The translations under genes were made by a program, and so were the position numbers. The notes below the pieces were generated by a model that saw only the letters and a program-made list of their open reading frames with translations, was not told the DNA's origin and ran no database searches. A DNA stretch of 63,939 nt, counting the filler, from Octopus bimaculoides (lineage: Eukaryota): the NCBI RefSeq assembly GCF_001194135.2. It is 7 parts of 5 records of this genome, joined end to end, with 100 filler letters (N's around TTAATTAATTAA, not from the genome) between each part and the next. Parts side by side here need not be neighbours in the genome. Positions count along the whole stretch, not along the records: positions 12,103 to 23,657 come from NC_068982.1; positions 23,758 to 28,280 come from NC_068981.1; positions 28,381 to 51,899 come from NC_068984.1; 4 more parts are not named here. One strand, written 5' to 3'. Below, one piece after another: positions 21,677-33,786 of this stretch; within the stretch, counting starts at the first letter, position 1, and each line of letters starts with the position of its first letter.

Positions 21677-21784
21677 TGGTAAAGGTGGACCAAGAGGTAA
21701 ACGATAACAGCAATTGCTACAAAAGCAGACGTGTTTCGACGGAGCTCAGGGTTACGTAAAGCCGTTGCCTGACTCGGGCATTTA

Positions 21785-22152
21785 GCATCATTATCCTCAT
21801 CATCCTTGTCGTCATCATCACTGTTATTATAATAATCATCGTCGTCATCGTCATCGTCATCATCATCGTCGTCATCATCATCGTCATGATGATCATCATC
21901 ACCCTCAGCATCATCACAGTCATAATTCTCATCGTCTTTTGTCATTGTCATCATCCTCGTCATCCTAGTAACCACCATCAATAACACCACCACCACTACT
22001 ACTACTACTACTACCACCACCAGTCATCAACGTCGTCGTCGCCGTCGTCATCATCGTCATCGTCGTCATCGTCATCATCATCATTATCGTCATCATCATC
22101 GTCATCATCATCATCATCATCACCATCACCTTCATCATTATCATCGCCATCA
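21785..22152. repeat. Degenerate (ATC/GTC)n trinucleotide tract
   Basis: catcatcgtcgtcatc runs; source of the poly-Asp/Met ORFs. Confidence 0.9.
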
Positions 22153-22726
22153 TCCTTAACAATACTAATTTATTTTATTGCCACAAAAATATCGAAAGAG
22201 GGTTGCTGAATCCTTGCTTTTTGTTTATGAAAAGGGGCAAAACCGCCCCCAAAAGACCATAATTCAAGTAAATGATTACAGTTTTAATTATATTTTCACA
22301 ACCACATAACATTAATAACAATAATATATTAAAACAGTATTTTTCTTATTTTTTTATTCCTTTGTTTCCATTCATCTCGGTTTTGTTAACATAACAGTTT
22401 CTTGTTATTTTCGCTTTGAATATTTATTTTTTTAATTACATAATTAGTTACTAGTGCCATGTCTGAGTTTTACAAAGTAAAATGTTATGAGCAATCAAAT
22501 GAAGAAAAAAAAACAACAAAAATTACAAAGACAAGAATGTTGTATTGGTCGAATTAGTACTTCAACAAAAAATTTTAAACAAATAGTGAAACATGCGCTC
22601 GCGCGCACACACACATGTTTATATAGAGATATGAATGCGTACATAATTATATACATGTGTGTGTCTATGTGTGTATATGTGTGTATGTATGTATGTGTGT
22701 GTGTATGTATGTATGTATGTATGCAT

Positions 22727-22943
22727 TACTCTCTCTTTTGCTCTTTTACTTGTTTCAGTCATTTGACTGCGGCCATGCTGGAGCACCGCCTTTAGTCGAG
22801 CAAATCGACCCCAGGACTTATTCTTTGTAAGCCTAGTACTTATTTTATCGGTCTCTTTTTGCCGAACTGATAAGTTATGGGGACGTAAACACACCAGCAT
22901 CGGTTGTCAAGTGATGTTAGTGGAGGGGACAAACACAGACACA

Positions 22944-23035
<92 letters not shown>

Positions 23036-23204
23036 CATATATACGACGGGCTTCTTTCAGTTTCCGTCTACCAAATCCACTCACAAGGCTTTGATCGGCC
23101 CGAAGCTATAGTAGAAGACACTTTCCCAAGGTGCCACGCAGTGGGACTGAACCCGGGACCATGTGGTTGGTAAGCAAGCTACTTACCACAGAGCCACTTC
23201 TACG
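22727..23204 (-). mobile_element. SINE family B, full-length, with internal (CA)n/(TA)n microsatellite
   Basis: Minus strand: A box TGGCT.TGTGG, B box GGTTCAGTCCC, central domain, microsatellite, and tail aaggcggtgctccagcatggccgcagtcaaatgactgaaacaagtaaaagag. Confidence 0.92.
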
Positions 23205-23232
23205 TCTATGTATGTATGTATGCATAAGGACC

Positions 23233-23508
23233 CAGTATTGCAACAGTTTGGGTTTCAGGGGACCACATCTGTTTAACATCCTGTGAAGGAACCTAAGAGA
23301 TCTGCAAAGTGTACATGTGGAAACGTTCAAAAAGCACCTAGACAAATTTCTATCTGAAATCCGAGATGAGCCCACATCATAGCAGGAGGCACAAAGAAGT
23401 GCAGCTTCGTCGTCCAACTCGCTTCTTCACCACAGACAGTACCGAAAGGTGACCTCAGAACACTGAAAGGCGGTGCTCCAGCATGGCTCCAGCCTCTGGC
23501 TCAAACCA
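23233..23508 (+). mobile_element. CR1-group LINE 3' end (post-RT region + 3' UTR)
   Basis: QYCNSLGFRGPHLFNIL*RNLRDLQSVHVETFKKHLDKFLSEIRDEP...SNSLLH fits GPxLFNxLP...FKxxLDxFLxxIPDEP; tail aaggcggtgctccagcatggc directly follows the stop at 23464-23466. Confidence 0.8.
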
Positions 23509-23786
23509 ATATATATGCATGTATATGCATACATATACATGCATATATATATTCAGACGCACATACACACACACATACAAACGCACACACATGAGTGTGT
23601 GTCTGTGTGTATATTTATAAATTCATCCATACATACATGTATATATATATATATATANNNNNNNNNNNNNNNNNNNNNNNNNNNNNNNNNNNNNNNNNNN
23701 NTTAATTAATTAANNNNNNNNNNNNNNNNNNNNNNNNNNNNNNNNNNNNNNNNNNNNATGTAATCAACTATCTTCCTCCCTTAATA

Positions 23787-23985
23787 AAGGCGGCGAGCTG
23801 GCAGCTTCATTGACATGGTGGGCGAAATGCTTGGCGGTATATCGTCCGTCTTCACGTTCTCAGTTTAAATTCGTTTCATCATTTCGGGGTCGATAGATTA
23901 AGTAATAGTTACGCACTGGGGTCGATGTAATCACCCCAAATTCCAGGCCTTGTGCCTACAGTAGAAAAGATTATTGCTATTATTT
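23787..23985 (+). mobile_element. SINE family A whose (TTA)n tail abuts the R4 LINE 3' end
   Basis: ggcggcgagctggcag...ggccttgtgcctacagtagaaaagattattgctattatt. Confidence 0.85.
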
Positions 23986-26900
23986 AATGTCTTTGCACAA
24001 CTTCTAACGCCGGAGATGCACTACGGTGCCAGCTATTCACTACCAGTGAACTAAAGTAATACCCCTTATTTTTCGAGCACCATCCGGAGTATTCGAACTG
24101 TTCCAAGCGGTGCTGTCTTTTACAAGTACTCCACCCTTATTGCAGCCCCTATTTGTTCCATGTACTTTTCAAGATTTTTACTCACTATTCTCAGGGATCC
24201 GACAATTATTGGTACCACCTTTTTCAGTGACCACAACTGCTTAACCTCCCAGGCTAACCTGTCACATCTATCGACATTTTTCTTCCTTAACGCATACCAT
24301 GTTGTCAGCTGGGCATGTTATATCTCTGATCCAGGATCGTTTGTTTTCTTTCTCAATTACCGCTGTCTGGTTTGCTATTCCCTATCTCATAGTCGCACTG
24401 ACTCATAGAATCCTATAGGATCTTTGCATTATCATTTCCGATGATGCCTTCGGGTTTATGGTCGGACTTCTTTACTCTGTCAAGTCCATCCATGTTGCAA
24501 AGCGTTCAATGGACAATCCTTGCTATATCGTCATGATGTCTCTTATATTATTTCTGGGCTAGTGGTGTACATTGACTGGTAATATGTCATACGGTTTCAC
24601 TATTTTGTCCACAAATTCTACACTTATAACTTTCTGATGTGTTGTCTATTCTGTATTTGATGCAATTGGTTCTTAATGCTTGCTCTTGGGCAGCACAGAT
24701 TAGAGTCTCCGTTTCCGGTTTTAAGCCACTTTTAGTCATCCATAGCCGTTTTTTTTCTCTGTCTGTCTTGTCTTCAACATCCATATGAAATTATCCATGT
24801 ATTCTGTTCTTTATCCGCCTATTTTCAGTTTCATTAATTCTCAACTGCTTGTACAATGTTTTATCTTTGCAATCTTCTATCCTACACAAGCATAACCTTC
24901 CTTTCCTACTCCCAGTAATAGCGGTTTTGTGGCATTTCTTACATACCATGCTATCTTGTCTTCTGCTCCAATACTGTGTACGCATCCAATCAGTCTCTTC
25001 TCCCTCTTTTTAATGGTACATACAGTCTGTCCGTGTCACATTTTGGGTGGAGTATCCCATATCTAGTCAGCAACTTCCTTGTCTTTCTGTCTAAGATGTT
25101 TAGTTCGTCAACTGTCCATGCGATTACCCCTGCTCCACATCTAAGTAGTGAAATCGTCCAGGTATTGATAACTTCAATCTAATTCCGTCCGTTTAATTTC
25201 ATCTTAAGGATGAGTCTCAGTCTACGCAAGTACACCACCTTATATTTTACTGTCACTTCTTTCTGAAACAATTTATCCATTTCCAAAATCCTCAAGTACT
25301 TATAGCCCGTCTGTTCTATCTGCTTCATAACCTCCCCCGACGGTATTGCTAGCCCGTCCATACATTTGATTATGCATCTCTTCAACTCTAACACACCATA
25401 CTTTTTCAGTCCGTACTCCATTCTGATATCAGCACTGAAAGTATACACCGTATCAACGAGGGAACTGAGTTGGGATTCATCTTTATCATAAAGTTTGCGG
25501 TCATTCATGAATAACAAGAGGCTGACTTTTTGTTGGCGGCTTTTGAATACATACCCAGAATTTGCTTTCTTCAGAATCAGTGTAAGTGTTATCATGCACA
25601 GCACAAAGATCAGTGGGGATAAGCAGTCCCCTTGGAAGATGCCTCTCTTGATTTCTATTGTCCCTAAACTTCCTCCATATACTGTCAGTTCCGTCTTCCA
25701 CTTCGTCATACATTTTCCAAGCAATCGCTCAACATTCGATGCAATACCAAATAGGTTCATACATATCATAATCCTAGAATGTGGGATCATATCGTACGCT
25801 TTACGATAATCAATCCATGACTTGGCTGAGTTAGTTTTCTTCCTCTTGTAGTCTCTAAATACAGTTTTGTCTACTAGGAGTTGGTCCTTACGCTTGCACT
25901 TACGCTTGCAACCCTTCTACTCATGTGACAGGACTCCATTTTTTCCAGATGTCCCTACATTGATTCCAGTCAATAATTTGTACGTAAGTGCCAAGCAGGA
26001 TATCGACCTGTAATTGTCTAGCGTATTGACTTTTTCGATGTTTTTCAAGCACAGCACTCTCCTACCCATTGTCAACCATTCCGGGGTTACTTGGTCGGCA
26101 TTTAACAAGGTGTTGAGTTGTGCAGCTATTCGTGCATGACATCCACTAAATCTTTTGATCTGGTAGCCTTCGACTCCATCTGGTCCCGGGGCCTTCGCTT
26201 CCCTAACTGAAATGACTAGTACTGCCTGTTGTGGACGGACTACTATTAATTTCAGGTCTTGTAACCATTCAACATTCTTCTTGTGCTCTTTGTCTTTGCT
26301 CCACATGTCACTACAAATGCTTTGACTTTCAATGTTATCTGGTACCAACTTTTCGTCTGTACCCTCTCCATTTATTTCTTTATAGAATCTCTTATCTACT
26401 CTCAATAACCAATTCTGATAGTATCCCTTCATATTTTTGGTCGATTTTCACCATCATCACTTTCTTTGCAACGAGGCACTGTTTCAGTTCCTCTCTATTA
26501 CCACTTTCAGGCCCTTTTTTTTCAATATCATACTTCCTATTCAGTGACCTGAACAGTTCGCTTTTAAGCTCCCACTTCTCTTGTCGGTCTAACAAAGAAA
26601 TGTCCTTCGAGAGCATATCTAACCCCACCCGTATTCTTCTTTTCCATCATGGATCTTTTCTTTTGTCACTTCCATTTCTTTTTCTTGACAACAACACCCA
26701 CATTTACTTTTACAATAAAGCTTGCTACCTTGATCAAATTGTCTGTTTCTGTGATGGTCTTTTTCATTCTGATGTATTTCAGAATTTCATTCACATTTTT
26801 TTGTTTCTTGGTTTAATTTTCACCGATCAACCTTTTTAATGTTGAAAATAATGTCGCTATCGTTCTCCTGTAGCCTTGCCTTTATTCTGTCGTAAATTGC

Positions 26901-27480
26901 ATTTTGCCCATCGGTCACGTCACTATTAGTTTTATTGTCTTCTTCCAAACTATCTATATGTCTCTCATCGGAGAAGCTCTCACTGTTCCTTTTCTGAGGT
27001 TTTTGGAGATTTCACCCCTGTTTTCTGCTATGAGATTACTTTTATCAGTAAGTATTGTATTCTCATCCTTTCTTCTGCTGCTGTTTTCCAATATCCGTCT
27101 ATTGATAGCTTTGAAATCTACCCCTGTGAACCAACGATTTTTTTTCTTATTGCTCTAACTTGATTGCATAATCTCTGTTCCGTGAGTTGAAACAATCTTC
27201 TTTCTCTCCAGCGGTCATACATACATTGTCGATATCCCCTAAGATGAACACCATTTTCGTATACGGGGTTGTTCAGGTAGTAACACTCCATGACCACAGC
27301 ATTGACTTGTTTGTTCCATTTACGCCCTGTAAGCTGGAGTCGGACCAGTATATCTGAGCCTGCCGGGTGTAACACTGTCACCATCAAGGACTTTAGTTTC
27401 CTTAACACCGTTATTCACAATATTTTGTTTCTCATTGTCACTCATATGAGGTAGCGATTATCAGGTTGTGCAATTACCAG
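23975..27480 (-). mobile_element. Near full-length, decayed R4/Dong-clade non-LTR retrotransposon (RT + CCHC + RLE)
   Basis: N-terminus RKWNKQVNAVVMECYY...RGYRQCM...TEQRL; KAPGPDG; RT IKRGIFQGDCLSPLIFVL and LLFMNDRKLY (YxDD region); ETETLICAAQEQALRTN; CRICGQNSETV.HITSQC; RHD; C-terminus KTAPLGTVRILRMVL. ATG at 27445; many stops and frameshifts. Confidence 0.93.
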
Positions 27481-28380
27481 TGTTTTTATTGTGACACTAT
27501 CACTAGATATATCATTAATCAGAGCATAAGGAGATTCCAACCGCTTCCTTCCATTATTGTTATTATCATCACTGATATTATTATTTTCATTTTTGTACCA
27601 ATATTTTCGATTGTTAATATTTCCTCTAATCCGATTTAAGCTTTGGCTAAGTTATTAATATTATTATCACCATTGTAATTATCACTATCATTACCATCAT
27701 TATCATTATTTCCATTTATTATTAAAAGGTATTATTAAATGTTGTTTAGTTTTTGTTTAATTCAACTTTTGTCTTGTACTTGAGAGAATCATAAATACGT
27801 GAGGGTTTAAGGGAATAGAAGGGGCAAGAACAGAAGCTTGGTAAATAGATTAAATTTCACAAGTCTGTAAATAGATTCGGCAGATGGTGAAGAGATCAGC
27901 AATAGGCATTCCTGTACGATAAGGTGACAAAAGAGGCTTCACACCCTTGGAGTCAGCAGAGTCAAATGTGTTTACTACTACTAGCGAAAAATGAGAGCGC
28001 TGACCTTGGCCTTGAAAAGAACAATTCATCTTGCTCTATTTTTAATTACTGATAGAAAAGACAATTATATATATATATATCGAAACGCCGGTGTTTTAAT
28101 GGTGGCAGCTGATGAAGGAGATGTTTCTATGTGGCTTGCTTGTTTGTTGTACCATGTTTATCATTTTTTCCATGTTCTTTTGCCACGTCATGTACCCAGT
28201 TTTGTATCTATATGTACATGTAGATGAAGGTATGTACATAAATGTACATATATATGCATATACTCATATATTGTTTATTTNNNNNNNNNNNNNNNNNNNN
28301 NNNNNNNNNNNNNNNNNNNNNNNNTTAATTAATTAANNNNNNNNNNNNNNNNNNNNNNNNNNNNNNNNNNNNNNNNNNNN

Positions 28381-28660
28381 TGAAAGAGGCATAAGGAGAA
28401 ATGAGACAAGGATGAAAGAGCCATAAGGAGAAATGAGACAAGGATGAAAGAGGCTTAAGGAGAAATGAGACAAGGATGAAAGAGCCATAAGGAGAAATGA
28501 GACAAGGATGAAAGAGGCTTAAGGAGAAATGAGACAAGGATGAAAGAGGCTTAAGGAGAAATGAGACAAGGATGAAAGAGGCTTAAGGAGAAATGAGACA
28601 AAGATGAAAGAGCCATAAGGAGAAATGAGACAAGGATGAAAGAGCTATAAGGAGAAATGA
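28381..28660. repeat. 32-bp minisatellite, about 8.75 units (TGAAAGAG-nCn-TAAGGAGAAATGAGACAAGGA)
   Basis: Period of 32 checked at 28381, 28413, 28445 ... 28637; left end cut by a join spacer. Confidence 0.95.
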
Positions 28661-29179
28661 CATTTCCAAGGTGTCTAATATAGTCGATGATCTTCAGTTG
28701 GGGAATCCTCCTTCCAAATATTGGGAGGCTATTTCATTGCTACTCCTGGAACGTGTTGATAGAGGGCATCTGATATGCTGAAACTAATTGAGTTCCAAAG
28801 TTCAAAGGACTCTACAAGTCTCTTGGCGATTATTTAGAGATCAGTCCTGGAATGTGCTATGAAATTATATTTGACTACACATTGAACAAGAGTCTCTTAT
28901 TCGTCTTGCAGGCCCAAAATAAGCCATATATTTTGTATCTCAGATACACCTTCTATCAATGATATATACATCATGATTACATAAGGAATAGGTTGAAAAG
29001 ACCAAGGGTGAATACATAGCTCTGTTTTATTTTGTAAGGCATGAATAGTTTTGGTGGCCTTTCGATAGAATAAAACGTTCTATGTCATCAGAAAACTGAG
29101 AGACGGGTTGCATAATTTTTTGAGACAGCAGAGTTTTTCAAATTTAAGTACGGCTCGCACGCACACACGCACATACACA

Positions 29180-29229
<50 letters not shown>

Positions 29230-29254
29230 TAAATATACACACATACATAGATAC

Positions 29255-29295
<41 letters not shown>

Positions 29296-29873
29296 GTTAC
29301 ATTGGTTTGAGTTATTACGAACTTTACAATGTTTTTGCTCATTGACGTTGCTTCTATTTACTTTGTAATGTTTGTAAAGAGATTTCAGGGTTTTAATATT
29401 TCGTATTTCTTGCTTTCTTTACAAAAAAGTGATTTCACAGAACAAACAAAAAAATATTTTGTAATGAAATAGTATTAGTAATTGGTAATAAAAACAATGC
29501 TTATAGAAGTGCAAATATTTTTACACATTATATTGAACAAATAGCAAACAGCTATTATTTATATTTAAACATCTGTCAAAATGGATCAAAATATAAATGA
29601 AAGCGGATAGTCAGGTGGCTAAGTAGTTCGCTTAATAATCACTTGTTTCCAGGTTCAACCCTTCTTTAATTACATGTATTCTAACATTAAAGTCAATCAC
29701 GTTGATTAAAGCCCCCGTAAACCAAATTTGATAGATGGAAATTATAAAGAAAAGGGAACGTGTATATATATATATATATATATATATNNNNNNNNNNNNN
29801 NNNNNNNNNNNNNNNNNNNNNNNNNNNNNNNNNNNNNNNNNNNNNNNNNNNNNNNNNNNNNNNNATATATATA

Positions 29874-30676
29874 CAGGGTGCGATGGGTAAATTGTTGCCA
29901 TTTTATATTTTTAAATTCGCACATGCGCAGTGTTTGTTTTTGATTTAATCGATTGCACATTATGTTAGAGTTAGTTGGGCATCGTCTATGAGAAAAACAT
30001 CATGACGCAATTCATTCTGCCAGAAATTTGGAAACGACATGTTGTACTGCATTTGTGCCGGGAGCTCCAATACGAGCATTTCAGAGTGTTTGGGTGCCAA
30101 TCTGAGGACATGTACCGATAATGATAAAAATCAAACATCCAGTCATCATCATGGTGTTTGGAGTGATCATAAGCGATGGCGACGTTACGCCTCCATTCAT
30201 CTTTCCACACAACCTCAGATTCAACACGGTGGCTTACATTAAGTGCCTGGAGGAGGTAGTGCTGCCCTGGGACAAGAGGGTGGCTGCTGAAGACCCTGTG
30301 TCTGGCAACAGGACACTGCACCATGTCACAGAAGCAGGGGAACCTAACATCTGGTCACCTAACTTCCCAAACTACAACCACCTTGATTATTATGTGTGGG
30401 GCGCAGTTGAGTAAGATACCGACAAATCTCCTTGTAACACCAAAGATGAACTGAAGGCAAGGATTATGGCAGCGTTCACCAACTTAAACAAGGAGACCAT
30501 CCAAAAGAATTGCAGGAAATTCCGAAGTCGTCTGGAGGCCGTGGCTGAAGCCAATGTTGATTTTGTTGAATAAATTTACTCTTTAGTATTTCAAAATATG
30601 TTAATGTAATTTTGGTAAATATATCTGTTAAAACGAGTGTTATTTTCATTTTTGCGTAATTTACACGACAGTTTAT
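29874..30676 (+). mobile_element. Tc1/mariner DNA transposon, maT (DD37D)-like, internally deleted
   Basis: TA-CAGGGTGCGATGGGTAAATTG left TIR; KHPVIIMVFGVIISDGDVTPPF...YIKCLEEVVLPW...WSPNFPNYNHLDYYVWGAVE...KDELKARI...RSRLEAV. Confidence 0.85.
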
Positions 30677-30973
30677 NNNNNNNNNNNNNNNNNNNNNNNN
30701 NNNNNNNNNNNNNNNNNNNNNNNNNNNNNNNNNNNNNNNNNNNNNNNNNNNNNNNNNNNNNNNNNNNNNNNNNNNNNNNNNNNNNNNNNNNNNNNNNNNN
30801 NNNNNNNNNNNNNNNNNNNNATATATATATAACAGAGTTATTAGTGAGGGATTATCAATTTGGACAAAATACTTTATAAACTCTCTGTTAATACATCACG
30901 CTAACAATATTATTTAAATTGGTAAAGAACTCCGCGTATTCTTGTGGCAGGATCCGAGGTTATAGTTCATCAT

Positions 30974-31092
30974 CACATAATCGGCAGGCAGGGTCTGCAC
31001 CATTTTTAAGAATACCTAGTTGGTAGTTTGTGGTGGCCAGACATTGATTCTGAACTGTTATAATGCAGCCCCCTGTTTCTGATTTAAGTCCA
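30974..31092 (-). mobile_element. R4-clade fragment, near-identical duplicate of 31697-31816
   Basis: GLKSETGG...QNQCL.TTNYQ...ILKNGADPACRLC; about 4 differences from the other copy. Confidence 0.85.
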
Positions 31093-31297
31093 TGATTATG
31101 TTCCAGCTATTCTGTTTTTTATACAGAGTGATTTATATGGCAAGGTGTAAATAACGGTCATTATTTATTTTTATTTATTGTAATAAATTTGTTATACTCG
31201 TTTCCAATTTATATATATATACATATCGTCAATGTATCATATATCCGAGAAAGAAGGACACTCTAAAGCATAGAGCAGTCATGTATAGACTTTAACT

Positions 31298-31357
<60 letters not shown>

Positions 31358-31507
31358 GTGTGTGTGTGTGTGTAACAAAAGAAAAGGGTACCCAACGCGT
31401 TTAGTAGGAGCTTCATGTATTATTTAACACAGTTTGAAACAGCGTCTGTTAGAAGCTCACGAAACTTTAAGTTACATAGAGCCGAATCAGTCTACTTTAA
31501 ATAATAC

Positions 31508-31600
<93 letters not shown>

Positions 31601-31639
31601 CTGACCAAGTCTATTTTATCATAACGAATAATGTATTCA

Positions 31640-32190
31640 TTTGAAACTGTATAGAGCAACCAGAAACGAAGCGGTCAATTGTTTCTCTGGCTGCACCACA
31701 TAATCGGCAGGCAGGGTCTGCACCATTTGTTAAGAATACCTACTTGGTAGTTTGTGGTGGGCAGACATTGATTCTGAACTGTTATAATGAAGCCCCCTGT
31801 TTCTGATTTAAGTCCAGATGCAGCCAACCATTGAACGGTCATGTTTGTATATACATCAGATTCGCTAACCTATGTAGGGTATTTGCTCAGCAATACCTTA
31901 CTTTTCCATGTACTTCGCAGCACTGAGATTCCATGTGATTTGGCTTGTGCTTTTATCTGATTTATTATTACAGTGGGCTTCTCTGGTTTATCTAGTTGTG
32001 CTTCAGTTTCGTTGATCTCCAATTCATGCACATACATCTTTGCTTCTTCTAATATTGCGTACATTTGTTTTGAATGTTCACACTTGCCGACAAGTTTAAA
32101 CATCCAGTTGTTGATGTACTGTAGATAAGCGTCAACACCTATGGTTGCTGTTCTTATGACTCTGGTTCTGTTGAATATCTTCTTGTTTTG
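31640..32190 (-). mobile_element. R4-clade LINE fragment (post-RT region to CCHC finger)
   Basis: TATIGVDAYLQYINNWMFKLV...WKSKVLLSKYP...QWLAASGLKSETGGFII..QNQ...CRLCGAARETID..VSGC. Confidence 0.8.
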
Positions 32191-32574
32191 TCTTCGATTC
32201 TTTCTGATTGTCGCATTTCATCCTATCCGATCCTTTATATAATATTTTCAGTAACATTTTTTGAACGTTTTTCTTTCCTTAGGTTTTCATTAATCACTTT
32301 CTAGGCTACAAATATGGTTTTTGATTTTAGATTTTACATTATTGTTCCCGGTTTGAAATCATTGATTTCTACTTTTATCATTTCTTTTTTTTTTTTTGTC
32401 TTTTCAAGCCTTCCAATACTATTATTGAAATCGTAGTTCGTCTGTTTATTTTGATCAATTTTCTGCATCTGTTTGTCTGTTTCTTTTCATTGCACACTAT
32501 ATGTAAAAAAAAAAAAAAAATTATGCTCCATGCATGCTTCCTAATTGCTCCTACTTTCCTATTCCTGCTCCACC

Positions 32575-32610
<36 letters not shown>

Positions 32611-32852
32611 ACATACATACATATATATGTAACTCACCTCCTGATATTCATTGTGTTTTTGACACAGGAAGTCCATAAGAGATATTATCTCAGGATAAAT
32701 ACTGTAGTAACCGGCCTATCAACAGTGTATATGCATAAAGTAGATACATAGATGACTGTCTATCTATCTATCTATCTATCTATCTATCAGTATACGGAGA
32801 AATAGGTAAATTTGGAATGTTTGTATGTCTTACTATGTAAGCTCACATATAT

Positions 32853-33070
32853 TCTTTTCTACTCTAGGTACAAGGCCCAAAATTTTTTGGGAGGGGGCCA
32901 GTCGATTAGATCGACCCAAGTACGTACGCTACTGATACTTAATTTATTGACCCCGACAGGATGAAAGGCAAAGTCGACTTCGGCGGAATTTGAACTCAGA
33001 ACGTAAAGATAGACGAAATACCGCTATGCATTTCACCTGGCGTGCTAACGTTTCTGCCAGCTCGCCGCCT
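32853..33070 (-). mobile_element. SINE family A, full-length
   Basis: Reverse complement of the 14061-14279 copy; high similarity. Confidence 0.9.
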
Positions 33071-33217
33071 AAAAGCTTACATATATATTATATCAAACCT
33101 TGATACTGTTCCCCGTTGACAAACCTCTGGTATTATCTATAATGTTAAACATTGACAGTATCCTTATTAATAGACCCAGCTCTCTAGAGCTACTAGAATC
33201 GATGTGTATATAAACGG

Positions 33218-33325
33218 ATTGGGTTCTTGCTCTTCTGCGATTAGTCAAGTGATGTAGACACCCCTGATAAGATGCCGACAATGGTCTCAAATCGATCAAG
33301 GCTATTTGCTATTTCGGCACTCTAC
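33218..33325 (+). mobile_element. Detached 5' fragment of the mariner-like element at 37872
   Basis: attgggttcttgctcttctgcga..agtcaagtgatgtagacacccctgataagat...aaatcgatcaaggctatttgctatt matches about 37941-38050. Confidence 0.8.
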
Positions 33326-33410
33326 GGAGAAATAGGTAAATTCAACATGCTTGTATATCTACACACACACACATACACACACACACACACATACACACAC
33401 ACGCTCACAC

Positions 33411-33463
<53 letters not shown>

Positions 33464-33464
33464 T

Positions 33465-33665
33465 TTAAAATTTTGGCACAAGGACAGCAATTTAGGAGGA
33501 AGGAGGTAAGTCGATTGCATCGTTCCTAGTGTACGACTGCTACTTCAATTATCGACCCCGAAAGGATGAAAGGTACAGTCGACCTCGGCACAATGTGAAC
33601 TCAGAACGTAAAGATGGGCGAAATGCTGCTAAGCATTTTACCCGGCGTGCTTACGATGCCAGCCT
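33465..33665 (-). mobile_element. SINE family A, degenerate
   Basis: atcgaccccgaaaggatgaaagg..cagtcgacctcggc..tgaactcagaacgtaaag. Confidence 0.85.
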
Positions 33666-33744
33666 GAAGCCTTACATACACACACACACGCACCCCCCCC
33701 CACATATATACAAAATATGTGTATGTGTGTGTGCGTGTGTGTGC

Positions 33745-33783
<39 letters not shown>

Positions 33784-33786
33784 AGT

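Noticed and set aside
28381-28660. Possible CRISPR array
   Set aside because: Contiguous 32-bp units without unique spacers, in a eukaryotic context with no cas genes.
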